Origin: Callorhinchus milii
Taxonomy: Eukaryota
NCBI RefSeq assembly: GCF_018977255.1
Contig: NW_024704743.1
Coordinates: 59,770,001 to 59,834,000, forward strand
Length of the DNA stretch: 64,000 nucleotides
Direction: 5' to 3'
Below are positions 27,016 through 40,267 of this stretch, in pieces. The notes under the pieces are model-generated. The model was not told the origin of the DNA, searched no databases, and saw nothing but the letters and a program-made list of their open reading frames with translations. Each line of letters starts with the position of its first letter. The stretch's first letter is position 1. Both the position numbers and the translations under genes were made by a program.

Positions 27016-28642
27016 AAACAGTAGTACAGTATAAGTCAAATCCAAAACACAAAAAGAGTGATGTTGGCAGATATCAAATTGCTTAGGAAGCGTGTGGGTC
27101 TCATACCCATAACATAACTCACTTGTGAAGCTGTTCTGCAAAAGAAATGTTATTTCAGGTAGAAAATTTGTGTCAACCATCCAGCTGAACAAAAAAAATT
27201 AGAAAATAAATGTAATTTAAAGTTTCAACAATTTCCGCTCTTGCACATTTTATTCTCCACTCTACCTCTACTCCACTTTACCTCTACTGTACTTTCAGAT
27301 CCTCAACTAAATTTAGATCCTCCCACAATTATAAAATTGACATGTATAACACAAATAATTACATACAGTTGGAAGTTGTTGGGGTTTTGTACAGGAGTTT
27401 ACTTTAAAAAAATCCCAGGAATTCCGTGCACACTTCTCAAATCAATGAATAGGAATTGCTAACAAAGGACAGAAATGTTCACAGGCAGTCAACTTCTATT
27501 TCATCCATTCGCAAATCTGCCTTTGAATAAGCAATAAACAGATTTAGACAAAGTACTGTACATACTTAAAAGAATGATGTGCAAGTTACAATTTTGGACT
27601 TGCAAAGAACTCTAATTTCAAAGACATTTGCAGTTGGCATTCCTTTGAAGATGGGCAAAGAGGAGGCAAGGCAGAGGGATTGAAGCAGGGAGCTGCAGAG
27701 GTTTGGGGTTCAGTGGCTAATTTATTATTTCCATTTATAGAGCGCCTTTCATGTCCTCCCGACGTGAAAGGCGCTCTATAAATGGAATCTTGTTGTTGTT
27801 GAAGGCACAGCCATTGGTGGTGACAGAATTGTCCTATTGTATTAAAACCCACTTCCCAAACAACTGCAAATTTAAATAGCACCATAGACAAAAAATTACA
27901 TGTTTATCTTAATTAAATTGTATGGTAAGTAGTTTAAGCTCAGCTTCTACAAAACAAAATAATACTCCATATTAAATCAAAGTAGGTAATTATTACACAA
28001 TCTGTTAATTTTCAGTCAGTTACGACTAACCATCTGTGTCTTCACAGAAGACAAATTTCTCCTTTTTCGAAAGTTCATAAGAGACCCATCATTAACTCTA
28101 ATTTGCTAGCCAAATTCCTGATGCAAAGCAGGCTATGGTGTGAACCTCACGAGGCACTTAAGGCATGCAAACGCATCCATCACAATAAAGTCCTGAATAA
28201 ATCAGGGTTAAAAGGGTTAGGTAGACTTATAAAAACAAAAAAGGTAGAAACTAGCAAAATAAAAAGGGAAATGTAAAAACATAAAAATGCATGTACTATT
28301 AGGACATAAAACAGACCTCGGTGGTCTGATGCACAGAAAAGATCAGATCAACTCAAAAGGTCCTGGTTATTTAAATGTGAATATATTCACTGACCATTAA
28401 GTTACACAGAGCAATGGCAGACCTAAGGTGGGTGTGAAAACAATTAAGGTTGTCTGTTTGTTGAGTTCTGCTGGTTGTGCAGCAATTATAGATTTTAAAC
28501 AGGCTCCATTGTGGAGCTCGTATTTACAGGATAAATAAGGAAAAATAATGGGTTCAAATTTTAAAACTATGCCAATAGGTTGCTTGTGTAAAACATTAAT
28601 GTGGAATTTTCCCTGCTGTGTATACATTTGAAATGGATCCAC

Positions 28643-29088
28643 TTCAGCCTAGCTCAGTTGGTAGCTCTCTTGCCCCTGAGGTTCTTAAGCGCAAGCACCA
28701 CATCTGAGTTTTGAACTCATAATCTATGCTGACACTCCAGTGCAGTACTGAGGGGGGGGGGGGGGGGGGGGGGGTGGGGTGCTCTGCATTGTTGGAGATG
28801 CTAACCTTTCGATGAGATGTTAAACCGAGGCCACACCTACCTGCTCAGGGGGATTATAAAGATCCTGTGGCACTATTCAAAAAGAGAAGGGAGTTTCTCC
28901 TGGTGTCCCAGATAACTATCCACCAGCTAAAATTGGTCATACACTTCATGGCCATTTGTGGAGAAATTGGCTGACCCCAATTACCAACAAATACACATTC
29001 GTTACACTTCACAGTAAAATGCTGTGAAGTGCTTCCCGGTGTCTCAATTATGCGATATAGTGCAATATCAAATGAAAGGATTATTATT
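28643..29088 (+). mobile_element. Deu-domain SINE (family B; SacSINE1/AmnSINE1-related), full length, with poly-G expansion
   Basis: Core gatgagatgttaaaccgagg...aaagatcc(c)tgtggcactatt...ggtgtcc resembles the Deu domain; 3' tail shared with family A. Confidence 0.85.
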
Positions 29089-31899
29089 TTCTAAACAATA
29101 TGGTTAGAAACATATTTCCAGGTAACATGGAATTGAACAAATTTAAAATTTTGCTTTTGAATTTGTTTCAAGTAATTTTCCTATCTAAACAATTTCTTCA
29201 TGACACATTTTCAAAATATTACACGCCTACAATTTCTTTGGAACAACAACAAAATTACATTTGTAGAGTGCTTTTCACGTCGGGAGGACGTCCCAAAGCA
29301 CTGGGAACACTCTCAGCCTTGTGATTAATATGAAAAATATATTATAATACAAGTTAATTTATCAATGTCAAGATATATCTTTATGTACATTTTGTAAGTC
29401 AAGTATAACCTGTATTTTTATAGCGCCCCATCAAATCAAAATGTCTCCATATACTTCATAGGTAATTACTGTCAGGTGTAGAGACTATTTTTGTAGGCAA
29501 TTACCCTTGGAACAGTTTCCCATTTATGATATTTCCCTTTTTTTGGTGGGTAGAGGGAGAAAATAATGCTTCAGTAAATGTGTTGGTTAATAAGAATTGG
29601 TAACATAACGTTTCCAATAAACCTTTGATATAAAAAAATACACACATGTTCCCAACTGTTGAATGAGTCTTTTAATACTTGCTAAACTCCAATAATCTGG
29701 TTTGGATGACTTAATTTAATACTTGTAGGAAGTTGTGAAATTATAAAAGTATGCAAGAAAGACCATAACTGGTGAAATGCAATGCTTGTGAGCACCAGAC
29801 AAAAAAACGACTTAAATTTTGATATGAAAGGTACTTAAATACTCGCAAGATGGAATGCAATTAAAGCTAACAAACACATCCTCTCGTCAAACTGGTTGTT
29901 ATAACACATTTATAGTGTTCTGGAGAAAAAAATAAGATCTATTTAGAATTTAATCGGGAAACTAATTTGTTGCACTGGAAAGCCATTTATGCCAATTAGT
30001 GGTATGACTAAATTACTCTTGGATTTGTTCCACTTTTCTAAATTTTCTAACAAATTGTAAAATAAACTGCCTTTTTATTTCCATTAACTTTAGGGATTTT
30101 GTGGTATGAATATCCATAGAATACTACACAGAACTATAACACACCACACTCAGAAATAGTAATTTGCTCCCTTTAAAAGCAATCCTATTCTTTCTTCCAT
30201 TTAATATAGGTTCTTTAATTTGCCTGAATCCTATTTGGTAACTCAACTCAGCCTAGCCTCACTTTTCTACTCTACAATGTACTATCACTGTCCTATTGCT
30301 AATCTAAATCCTGATAATGGGAGAAATTCATTTCTGCAGATGAAATGATTGCTAATTACAGAGGCCAAACAATCCCAACAGTTGACAGAACTCCATCAGT
30401 AATCCCAACATTTTAGAAAGTGGTTTATACACAATGTCTCCCTGTTTAAGTAATTGCACAAATCTTAATCATTTGCTCTATATTACGATGATTTTAATGG
30501 TTGTTTCTGACATAACTGACTTTCTCGTTTCTGGCTCCAAGTCCATTCAAGTTGCTTAATAATAATCTTTGCATTTCATACAGCCTTTCACATCAGGAGA
30601 CCATCTCAAATATGCTGTAAAATGTAGTTACTATATCTTATAGGAAAACAAGGCATCCCATTTGTGCACAGCAACTGTCCCACAAGCAGGCATGAAGTGA
30701 ATGACCAATGCTATGTGGACGTTTAAAAGTGATGGACAGCTACTCGGGGTAGTGGAGGTACTAAGGGAAATGGCAAAAGGGCATTGAGATTAAACGATCT
30801 GCCAAGATCTAAATGGTCTCCTTTTCCCATGTTCCTATGTTCCTCATTCCAGCTAACTGGGCCAACGAGCACAAAACCTTGGTGTTTTGTTTGACCTTCA
30901 GCACCTTCTGTCAACATTCACAAACCCACACTTACTTGGTGCTTCATACCATCTCTGTAAATGGCTGTATGGGTACAAGTTGTTACTTCAGTCAACATAT
31001 TTAGACTAGATAAAAGCACAGTAGGATATTATTGGATGCTAAACTTCACTTGAGATCGATTCAAATCCATAGAAACTTCAGCCATCAAGCCTAATATTTC
31101 AAATACTGTATAATTAAAATGTTAAAATACACATTTTTGAAGGAATTTCAGTTTAGCACACTTGATATTATTTATCTTATAATTATGATGCTGCAAACAG
31201 ACTGTCCTAGAATGTTTGAACTACTGCTGCAGGAGTAAGATAGTCAGGCACCATTACTCCAGTTCTTTTGAATTGTATGAAAACGTTTGGTGGGTTCTGT
31301 ACTGACTTGTAACTTAATAAAAAGTGAGAGGCAATTTCATCTAGATTCATCAGAATCTCCTCCAAACCCACACCAAATACTTTCCAAAACAATTAAACTT
31401 AAGTTCTTTATCCAGCAAGTCTTTTCCTGTTTTTACAGAAATATTAGAAGTGTTCATTAAATATGAGAAAGATACCCTATATTTGATGAAATCATGAGAA
31501 TTGGAAAATGAAGCTAATTTATTTTCTATGAAGACTTTGAGTATAAATAATCTTTGCATTTGATATAGCACCTTATCAAAACACAAAACATGTCAAAGAG
31601 CTTCACAGGATTTTACTGTGAAGTGTAGTGACTGTATTTGTAGAAAATTGTAGGTGTTTTAATATTACCATAATCTGATTGCTACCATTATTTTCATCTA
31701 AAATGAATAAGGCATAAAATGTTTGCCTAGCAAAATTTAATTCAACTCCAAAACAAGGTTTAGAAAATACCACTAACACAAAGTTGAAAACCATATTCAG
31801 AGACATTGGAGCTACATTTTCCAGAAGGATGAACTTAGAGTGGAGGTATATGAAAGATGAACTAGTAATATCACTCAGATGTCTCAAGAGCAGATATCT

Positions 31900-34053
31900 C
31901 CTCTCTCCTTTCATCCCTGTCCCTCTGCAATGAACACCTGCTCATAATGGGTGATTTCAACCTCCACCTTAATTCCCCTTGTACCACCTCCTCAAATTTC
32001 ACTGCCCTCCCCTCCTCCCTAAACCTCACTCTCCACATAAACTCACCGACCCATAACCATGGCCACTCCATCGACCTCGTCATCACACATGCCCTTGACA
32101 TTTGCGACCTGTCTATCAGACAAGGCCATCTCGGACCACTTCCTCGTCTCCCTCTCCTCCTGCATTCCCCTCTCCTCTTCCAAGCCCTCCAATATCTTTT
32201 TCCACCCTTGGAAAATGCTTCCCCGAATCACTCACAAATGCCCTCTTCCACAGACCTCCTCTCCCTCTGGCCCTCCATCTGCAGCGATCCTGATGCAGCC
32301 GTCAAACTGCTGAATGACTGTCTCTCCAGAACATTTAATTCTCTGGCTCCCTGAAATCCAGGGTTGTTCCCACCCACTCCCCCCGTTACAATAGTCATCT
32401 CTGTTCACTCAAAATACAAACCCAGACGCTCGAGCGCAGATGACAGAAATCCTGCCTCACGATTCAAGCACTTCCCACCTACCGCCTCCCTCTTTCACAG
32501 GCCAAGACTAACTTTTACTCCAGTCATCCTGGAGACAAACAACAATCCAAAGACACGGTTTTCCACTGTCCATCACCTCCTCCATGCACCCTCTCAAGCC
32601 CCCTCTATCCTCATGTCAAATGCAAAGAGTTCCTAGACTTCTTTGCCTCAAAGATTGAAAACATTTGCTTGGCTGCATCATCCTCACCCCATGTCCACTT
32701 CCACCCCACCCAGACCATCCACATTGTTTTCTCCCTCTGCCACGGTTCCTGCCACTCCCCCCTCCTTACACTCTTTTGCCTCCATTTCTCCCTCCTCTTT
32801 CTCAACCACAATCACCCGGATGAAGTTCACCACCTGCTGTATCGACCCCCTCCCCACCCTGCTGGTCGCAACTCCCCCTCCTCTCCCCCCTGCTGGCCGA
32901 CACGTTCAACCAGTCTCTCTCCTCAGATTCTGTTCCACTCCCCCCGAAAACTGCTGCTATCACTCCCCTCCTGAAAAAACCCATCCTCGATCCCTCGAAT
33001 CTCCACACTACCGTCCCATTTCCAACCTACCCTTCCTTGCCAAAGTCCTGAACGCATTGTTGCAGGTCAACTTCGGGCACACCTCTCCCTCCACTCCCTT
33101 CTCGAGCCCCTAGTCTGGTTTTCACCCTCCCCACAGCACAGGAACAAGGCTGGCCAGTCACAAATGACATCCTGTCTCTCTGTGACCAGGACTCCTGCTG
33201 CCTCCCCATCATCCTGGATCTCTTTGCCGCATTCGACACTTGTCAACCACGCCATCCTCCTCCACTGTCTCTCCTCCCTCACCCACCTTAGTGGGACTGC
33301 ACTCAGACAGTTTTGAATACTACTTAACCAACCACCTCCAAGTTATGTCGGCAAATGGTTTCTCCTCTTCCCCCCATTCCCGATCTCCTGCGAGGTACCC
33401 CACGGCTCCAACCTTGGCCCTCTTCTTTTCATTTGTATGCTCCCTCTGGAAATGTTATCTGCAGACTTCCACATGTATGAGGATGACACACAAATCTACT
33501 TTGCTTCCTGCAGTATCGACTCCAGGTCCACCGATATTCTATCAGTTTGTCTGGCAGACATCAGGGTTTGGATGAGTGTAAACTCATGTCGGGAGGACGT
33601 CAGCACCTTGGGACATCCTCCCGACGTGAAAAGCGCTCTATAAATTAAATCTTGTTGTAAACTTCCTGCAGCTGAATGTGGACAAGACGGAATCCATGCT
33701 CCTTGGTTCCCGTCAATGTCTTCACTCCTGCGTATCTGAACTCCTCAACCTCCCTGGGCTCTCCCTCAGACTCACCGCAATCTAGGCATCTGGTTCGACC
33801 CCCAGCTGTCCTTCCTTCCCCACATCCGGTCCCTGACCAAGAGTGCCTTCTTCCACCACCGCCACATTGCCACTATGCCCTGAAACTCTGGAACACTCTC
33901 CCTCTCTCCCCTTTTTCAAATCCCGCCTGAAAACCTTCCCTTTCCACCGTGCTTACTGTCACCCCACCCACCCTGGAGTCAGGTTCCGGCACTGTTAAGC
34001 AGTCTGAGACGCTACCCGGCGTGGAGGGCACTTTATAAGTGCAAGTTGTTGTT
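31900..34053 (+). mobile_element. L2-clade LINE, 5'-truncated and decayed ORF2 (endonuclease C-terminus plus RT)
   Basis: Frameshifted motifs GDFNLHLN, THNHGHSIDLVIT, SDHFLV (APE endonuclease) and YRPISNLPFLAKVL, LDLxAAFDT, HMYEDDTQIY (RT). Ends in an L2-type tail ataagtgcaagttgttgtt. Confidence 0.93.
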
Positions 34054-34710
34054 ATTGTGGGAATGAAAGTGTCATTTTTGTATAGTACGTTGTGCTCTTC
34101 TGAAGTTGTAGCTAAAATATATTGCTGAGTTGAGCAGAATGCATTTTACTCTTCATCTGACTCAAGTGCTTAATCCTGATACTGAATATCTAAAATAGCA
34201 ACGTCTTCCATTCCTTACTACTTCTAACTTTTGATTAACACAAAACGGTTTATAAAAAGTATAAAGGGAAGTGTATTGCTAATGCGGCCTTTGAAGTTGA
34301 ATTTAAATAAAATCGGTTCAAGTGAATTTAATGCTAGGTTTAAAAAAATGAAAACTATACCCGTGTGAACTTGTGCATTTCTTTTTGCCATTCTCGTAAT
34401 CTAGTCTAATGCAGGGTACACTGGCTGTCTGAACAAAAGAACAAATTGTCAATAGGAAAGGCACAAATCATACCAGATGACCTCAAGTTAACACGAAAGC
34501 TTTGAGTATGTGAACTCGTGACCTTTTGTACCTGGTGAACAATCATTCTACCTCAGGTGAAATCTGTATAACAGGTTCCTGCAGTACAGAGCCTTTGTCA
34601 CAACTACATCAAGCAACCTTTGCTTTGAATGAATGCATGCCTTACTACAGAATATAAGTCAGGAAAACAAAAAAAACATTAAGTGCAGACTACATTACAC
34701 TTGAAAACAA

Positions 34711-34716
34711 TTTATT
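34711..34716 (-). terminator. Polyadenylation signal AATAAA of SEM1
   Basis: TTTATT on the + strand, ~160 nt after the stop codon, followed on the minus strand by a T/GT-rich stretch (~34680-34660). Confidence 0.8.
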
Positions 34717-34874
34717 AAATTTTACGAAAATAAAAAGGGAAAATCCAGGTAAGTGTTGTATTCTCTTCAGTTGAGTTGAGTTGATTTTCCTTCTCCACTG
34801 TGTTCTGCTCCCAGCTTTAGGATGACACAACCATTTCAAACATGCACACTGAATTCTCAGCACATCTCATAAAA

Positions 34875-34917
34875 CTATGAAGTTTCCATCTTGTACCCTT
34901 GTTTTTCGAGTTCAGCT
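34875..34917 (-). CDS. SEM1: SEM1/DSS1 coding exon 3 (43 nt to stop)
   Basis: Acceptor tttttcag|A, then AELEKQGYKMETS-TAG (human AELEKHGYKMETS). Spliced CDS is 76+94+43 = 213 nt, giving 70 aa. Intron 2 is 6022 bp. Confidence 0.97.
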
Positions 34918-36233
34918 CTGAAAAATAAATGGAATGGAAGGCCTTCAGTTTTTTTTAAATGTGTCTTAACACCAATCAAGGACTTCAAATAAATTCAGCT
35001 AATTCTTCCAAAGCGCATGAATTATTCCAACTATCCACTCCCTCAGAAAATATTTCTTACATAGAAAGATGCATGAATGTGGAATGCACATTGGGAGAAA
35101 AGCCCCTTTTTCTTTTTGGGTGTCACCATTTATCAGAACACAAATTAAGATTTCTAACATTCATTTTTTTACATCAAGCACTTTGATTATTTAATGTCCA
35201 CCTTAACAGGCAGATGGGACTTTGATTTACTGTCTGACCCAAGGGATAGCACCTCTGATAATGCAGTATATATCTCCAGCACTGCATCTGAGTGTTGGCT
35301 TAAACTACAACAGCAAAGTGCCAATGTGGAACAACCTTCTGATTCAAAGACACGAGTAATTAAATAGCAACTTAGATAGTTGACAATTCTTCAATTGCAT
35401 AGGGTTGAAATAATAAATATTGCATCAAATATAGGCCTATAACTTGATAGAAGTTTTTCAGATAAGACATCAAACAGAGATCCTGACTTTCTGCAAACTC
35501 AAGGCTCCTGATGTGGAGCTTGAATCGATAATCTTCTGACCCAGAAGCAAGAATGCTATCATCTGAGCCAAGCAGCATTCTGTGTTAGTTTCTGCATGTT
35601 CAATCAGGCACTATTACAGGCACTTCTTTAAAAAAAGCTGAAACTACTAGAAATGCAAATTTATTTATATAGCACCTTTCATGTAGAACGTTTGAGTGTT
35701 TTACATTGGCAGAGATGGATACCGATCAGGGGGAAGAAGTGATTGTAGGTGCAGTCAAAGAGGTAAGCTCTTGATGAATGAGTGGTGGGGAGAGGTCGGA
35801 GGATGTGCAGCAGGTCTGTGTTAGATGCGTGAAGGGGGCTGACAAAGCAGGTCAGAGAAGTGGGGAAGTGGAAGGGATTTGTACGTGAGAGGAAAGAAGC
35901 TAATCTGTTCGGAGACAGAGAGCCAGTGGAGCATGGCAATAATTGGGATGAAGCACAATGTATCCACACTATTGGTTTATGGTTAGGGTAGATTAAAAAC
36001 CTATTTTACACAGTTAAGTTCTGAAACACAAAACTGAATTGCCACAATTCTGCTTCAACTATTAATTAGTAAAGATCCCGAGTTTGTAATTCACACTCTG
36101 ATCAAGCGCCACTAAATTCTTAACCCATTATTAAAAATTGCATTAACCACCAACAGCATAAAAGAGGAGACAAGAATCAGGCCTAAATGGTGATATACAG
36201 ATTAAATATCAAAATCTGATAAAATTAAATTGT

Positions 36234-36535
36234 GGAGTCCTGTAGCTCAGGAATTAGAGCACTCGCCTTGCAAGCGAGAGACCTGGGTTCAATTCCCGGC
36301 AGGGCGAAACCTTGGGCAAGTTTCCTTACTCCACATGCCTGATAATAATCCCTCAAGAAAAAAATAATATGGTCACTCAATCCACGACTGTTTGTGGGAC
36401 ACTGCTGTGCACAATTGGCTGCCGCATTTTGCCATAAATATACACAGTCAATTCACTTTACAGTATATTCCGTGAAGCACTTTGAGATGTCTAGAAGACA
36501 TGAAAAGCACTATATCAAATGCAAGGATTATTATT
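36234..36535 (+). mobile_element. SINE family A, full length (SEM1 intron 2)
   Basis: Collinear with 3895-4222. Confidence 0.9.
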
Positions 36536-38841
36536 TAAATTATATACTTGTACTGTGACTGAATTAGAAATTCTATTCAAGATTGAACGGAAGACTATTT
36601 AATACACTGGATTTACTATGCCTGGCTTAAAAACATATTCACCTGCAGACAACTTTACTGCTTTTCTACTGCAAATCAGTTGCATTGGACTAGGCTGTGA
36701 ACACTAATTAGTGAACCCATTTTGAATTGTACTGAACATACAAAGCAGTTAATTGTCTCAATTTACTACCTGTACTTATTCACCGTTCCCAGCTGCCAAT
36801 GGGATAGGTGTAAACCAACAGGGTATGGCAGGAGACCTGAATTACAAATACACGCTTAGTTATTACAAGGTGACCCCGTTAAGTGCTGCGCTACAGCATA
36901 GGTTTGATGAAAAAAAAGATCTCCTGTGGACCAGTGGCAATGCACTTCCCACTCTGTCACAGAGCAGTCAGCTTCATGTGCATGCCTGCAGCTTACAGAA
37001 AGCCGTCATGACTGCACCATAAGTAAGGCTTCTGATTTCCTGGGTTTCTTAACTAGATTTTGCAGGGTTTATTTTTTAGCAATTTTAGAATGTTTATAAA
37101 TCGGGAGCTTTCGTTATTGTAATGAGAAGACGTGCCTGTGCATATGGAGGGGAGCGAGGCTCCCTCACGCATACACAGTGCCTCCCTCCTCTCCCAAACA
37201 TTTCACCATATGGTGGAGAAGGAGAGGAGAGCGACGCATGTGCAGTTGGAACACCGTGACACTGCCGAGAATGAGTGAGAAAGAAAACCTCACCTCGGAG
37301 TTGAATCACCATTGTTTATTGGATTAAAAAAGTCATTGTTTTTTTGATTCGGGGGTATTTTATGAGTGTTTATTGGTTAAAACCTAACCATAATTATATC
37401 AATGGCCACCTGATAACCTGGAAGCGGGATGGGTAGCCATTTACTACGTGATTTGCTATAACATGAGAAACTGTTAAAAAGCGAGTTGCCCTACATATGC
37501 TAGGATTTTACTTCACCACATTTACAAAATACATGAGGTGACATATAATTTTATTTTATAGATGGGACAAATTGAACGTTAAGAGCAGATTTCGATATTT
37601 TTTCTAAATGTGTATTTCAACAAAACCTATATGGAACTACAAGTCACTTTTTATAACTGGTTTATTGCACTTTTGGCCAAAATGTATATTAATTTTATCC
37701 CAACTGTCCCTTCATTTATAAAGTATATCCTGACCCGATTTACATTGTGCCTTCTCCCATGTTTACAATCTTACAAGATCAGCTCGTGGACAATGGACAA
37801 CATGCACTCGGCCTTACTAACTATTAGAAAGAATGTATCTGAGAAAACAGTCTGGGAACCGTGCTCTTTGTAGTCTAATCATCATTAAACTGATTTGATA
37901 GTCACGATTAACATTTTGAAGAGGGGAAATTGCAGATAGGTCATAATTTATAGGTCTTGGGCCAAATTAAAATTCACTTGATGGTTCATCCGCTTTTTTT
38001 AAAAAGACACGAACCGGCAGTTCATTTAAAGAAGCGAGTTAGTTAAAAACTACAAGTTTTCTTGATTTAAAATAGCATTCCAACCATGTAATTTAAAGTC
38101 TGTTGGTCAGCCAAGGCTGTAGTACTGTGGTTTTAGACCACCTTGAATTCAATAAAAAGTAATAATTAAAACTTTGTATGCCATTTAGTTTACACAATGC
38201 AATGTCTGCTCTCAATTGGATTGAGGAAAAGTTTAAAACAAAATATATTTTCATGGCTGAACCTCACTTTTTTATGAAAGTATATTCCCATCTGTAATTA
38301 TATCATACTTCATGGGAATTCTGCAAAAGGACTTGCAAATTGCAAATACCTGTCTATGGAAATCCTTTTGGATTCATTAAGGTGAAACTGAGGCAGGCTT
38401 CCATAGAAATTTTTTGCAGGCCAGCTTCCTATACTTCTGGTAGCTACAAAATTCGCTATTCACAAATTGGTGTTTGCTCCTCCACCCATTTACAATTCGC
38501 AATGGTACTTGGAACACAATAAAATTACCATCTGCTGTTACTAGACTCATAATTTTCTTCCGTACCAGGGTGAAAAGGTAGAACATTTCCACTACAGTTC
38601 CACTATATGCCCTACACCACAGGAGAAAGAAAAAGACTAGAGTGGCTATTGGCAATTTGGAAACTGTAGTAGTTACAGAAACTGTAACATTCATGGAAAA
38701 TTGTGTTTTGAGAATTGTTTGTTCAAAACAAGTTGCTTGAAGGGAAAGGAAAGTCTAAGCAAATCAATTCAAAGAACTTCCCCACTGGATTAAAAATCTT
38801 ATAAAAAATATTTTAACAGTGAAAATAATGTCCTCATGTGT

Positions 38842-39200
38842 GTCAGCCTGGTTCAGCTGGTAACAGTCACCAGAAAGTCGAAGGTTCTCTAATGAATAAG
38901 AAAGTTGGCAGATTAAGCCCCATGTTGGGACTTGGAACTCGTAACTTATGCTGACACTCTAATGCTGTGCTCAGGTGTTCTTCTTTGTCGGAGGTGCTGA
39001 TCTTCAGATGAGACGTTAAACCGAGGTCCCATCTGCCTGTTTAAGTGGATGTTAAAGAGCCTATGGCACTATATGAAAAGAGAAGGCAGTTTCTCCCAGT
39101 GGTGTCCATGCCCACAATCCGATAAATAAAATTGGTACTGTTTTAAGCGCTTTGAGCATTTATATAGCACATGAAATGTCTATACAAATACAAATTGTTT
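38842..39200 (+). mobile_element. Deu-domain SINE (family B)
   Basis: gtgtcagcctgg head; cagatgagacgttaaaccgaggtcccatctgcctg core. Confidence 0.85.
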
Positions 39201-39224
39201 TGTTATTCACTGCATGGCTGTTTA

Positions 39225-40267
39225 TGTTCTTTAATATCTATATGCTCCCCCTTGGTTACATCATCCGCAGACATGGGGTCAATTTCCACATGTATGTGGA
39301 TGACATCGAACTCTATCTTTCTGCCTCCACTCTCAACTCCAGGACCACTGCTGTCCTGACAGACTTCCTGTCGGACATCAAGTCCTGGATGAGGGGCAAA
39401 TTTCCTACAGTTGAATGTGAACAAGACTGAGGCCCTCCTGATTGGCTCGAGCCGGCGCCTCAGCACCTCAGGCTATGGCAGCATCAACCTCCATGGTTTC
39501 ACACTTCAACTCACCAACTTCAACTGACTCCTGCCAGTCAGGAACCCAGGTGTCTTGTTCGACCCTCAACTGACTTTTCTTCCCCACATTCAAGCCATGA
39601 GCCGCTCTGCCCTCCCTCACCTCTGTAACATCGCCCGACTCCGCCACTACCTCACCCCTCAGGCCACTGAAACTCTTGTTCATGCCTTCATCACCTCCAG
39701 GCTCGACTATGCAAACGCCCTGCTTGTCAGCCTTCCCAACTCCTCCCTCCACAGACTGCAGATAATCCAGAACGCTGCAGCCCGTGTCCTCTCCGTGACT
39801 CCATCTCCCCCACTCTCGCCCGACTCCATTGGCTCCCTATCCTTCAGAGGATCCAGTTCAAGATCCTGGTCCTCACCTACAAAGCCCTCCATGGCCTCGC
39901 CCCACCCTACCTCTGCGACCTCCTAACCCTCTACCAACCCGCCCACTCCCTCCGCTCAGCCGGCTCTGGCCTGCTCCGTGTCCCCCGACCCACCCGCCCC
40001 ACCACTGGTGAGAGAGCCTTCAGCCACTCTGCCCTCAACCTCTGGAATTCCATCCCCAATCACTCCGCCTCACCCCCTCCTTAGCCTTCAAGTCCCGCCT
40101 CAAGACCCTCCTCTTCGACCATGCCATCGGCCACCCCCCTTCCACTCCCCTTCCTTACCCCCCAACAACTCCAGCTCGGGTCTGAAATGCTATACTCTGT
40201 CCAGTGCCTCGGGACGTCCTCCTGCCGTGAAAGGTGCTATACAAATGTAATCTTGTTGTTGTTGTTC
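39225..40267 (+). mobile_element. L2-clade LINE 3' portion in SEM1 intron 2, antisense to the gene
   Basis: FNIYMLPLGYIIRRHGVNFHMYVDDIELY; LVHAFITSRLDYANALL...LQIIQNAAARVL; (TTG)n tail at ~40252-40267. Confidence 0.95.

Noticed and set aside
1..34600. Additional downstream SEM1 exons or a second gene
   Set aside because: No ORF with recognisable homology or convincing exon chain. Small or non-coding exons cannot be excluded without RNA data.
37085..37465. CpG-retaining segment with weak terminal inverted similarity and aacctaacc, a possible DNA transposon
   Set aside because: TIR match too poor, no TSD and a single copy in the window; left unclassified.
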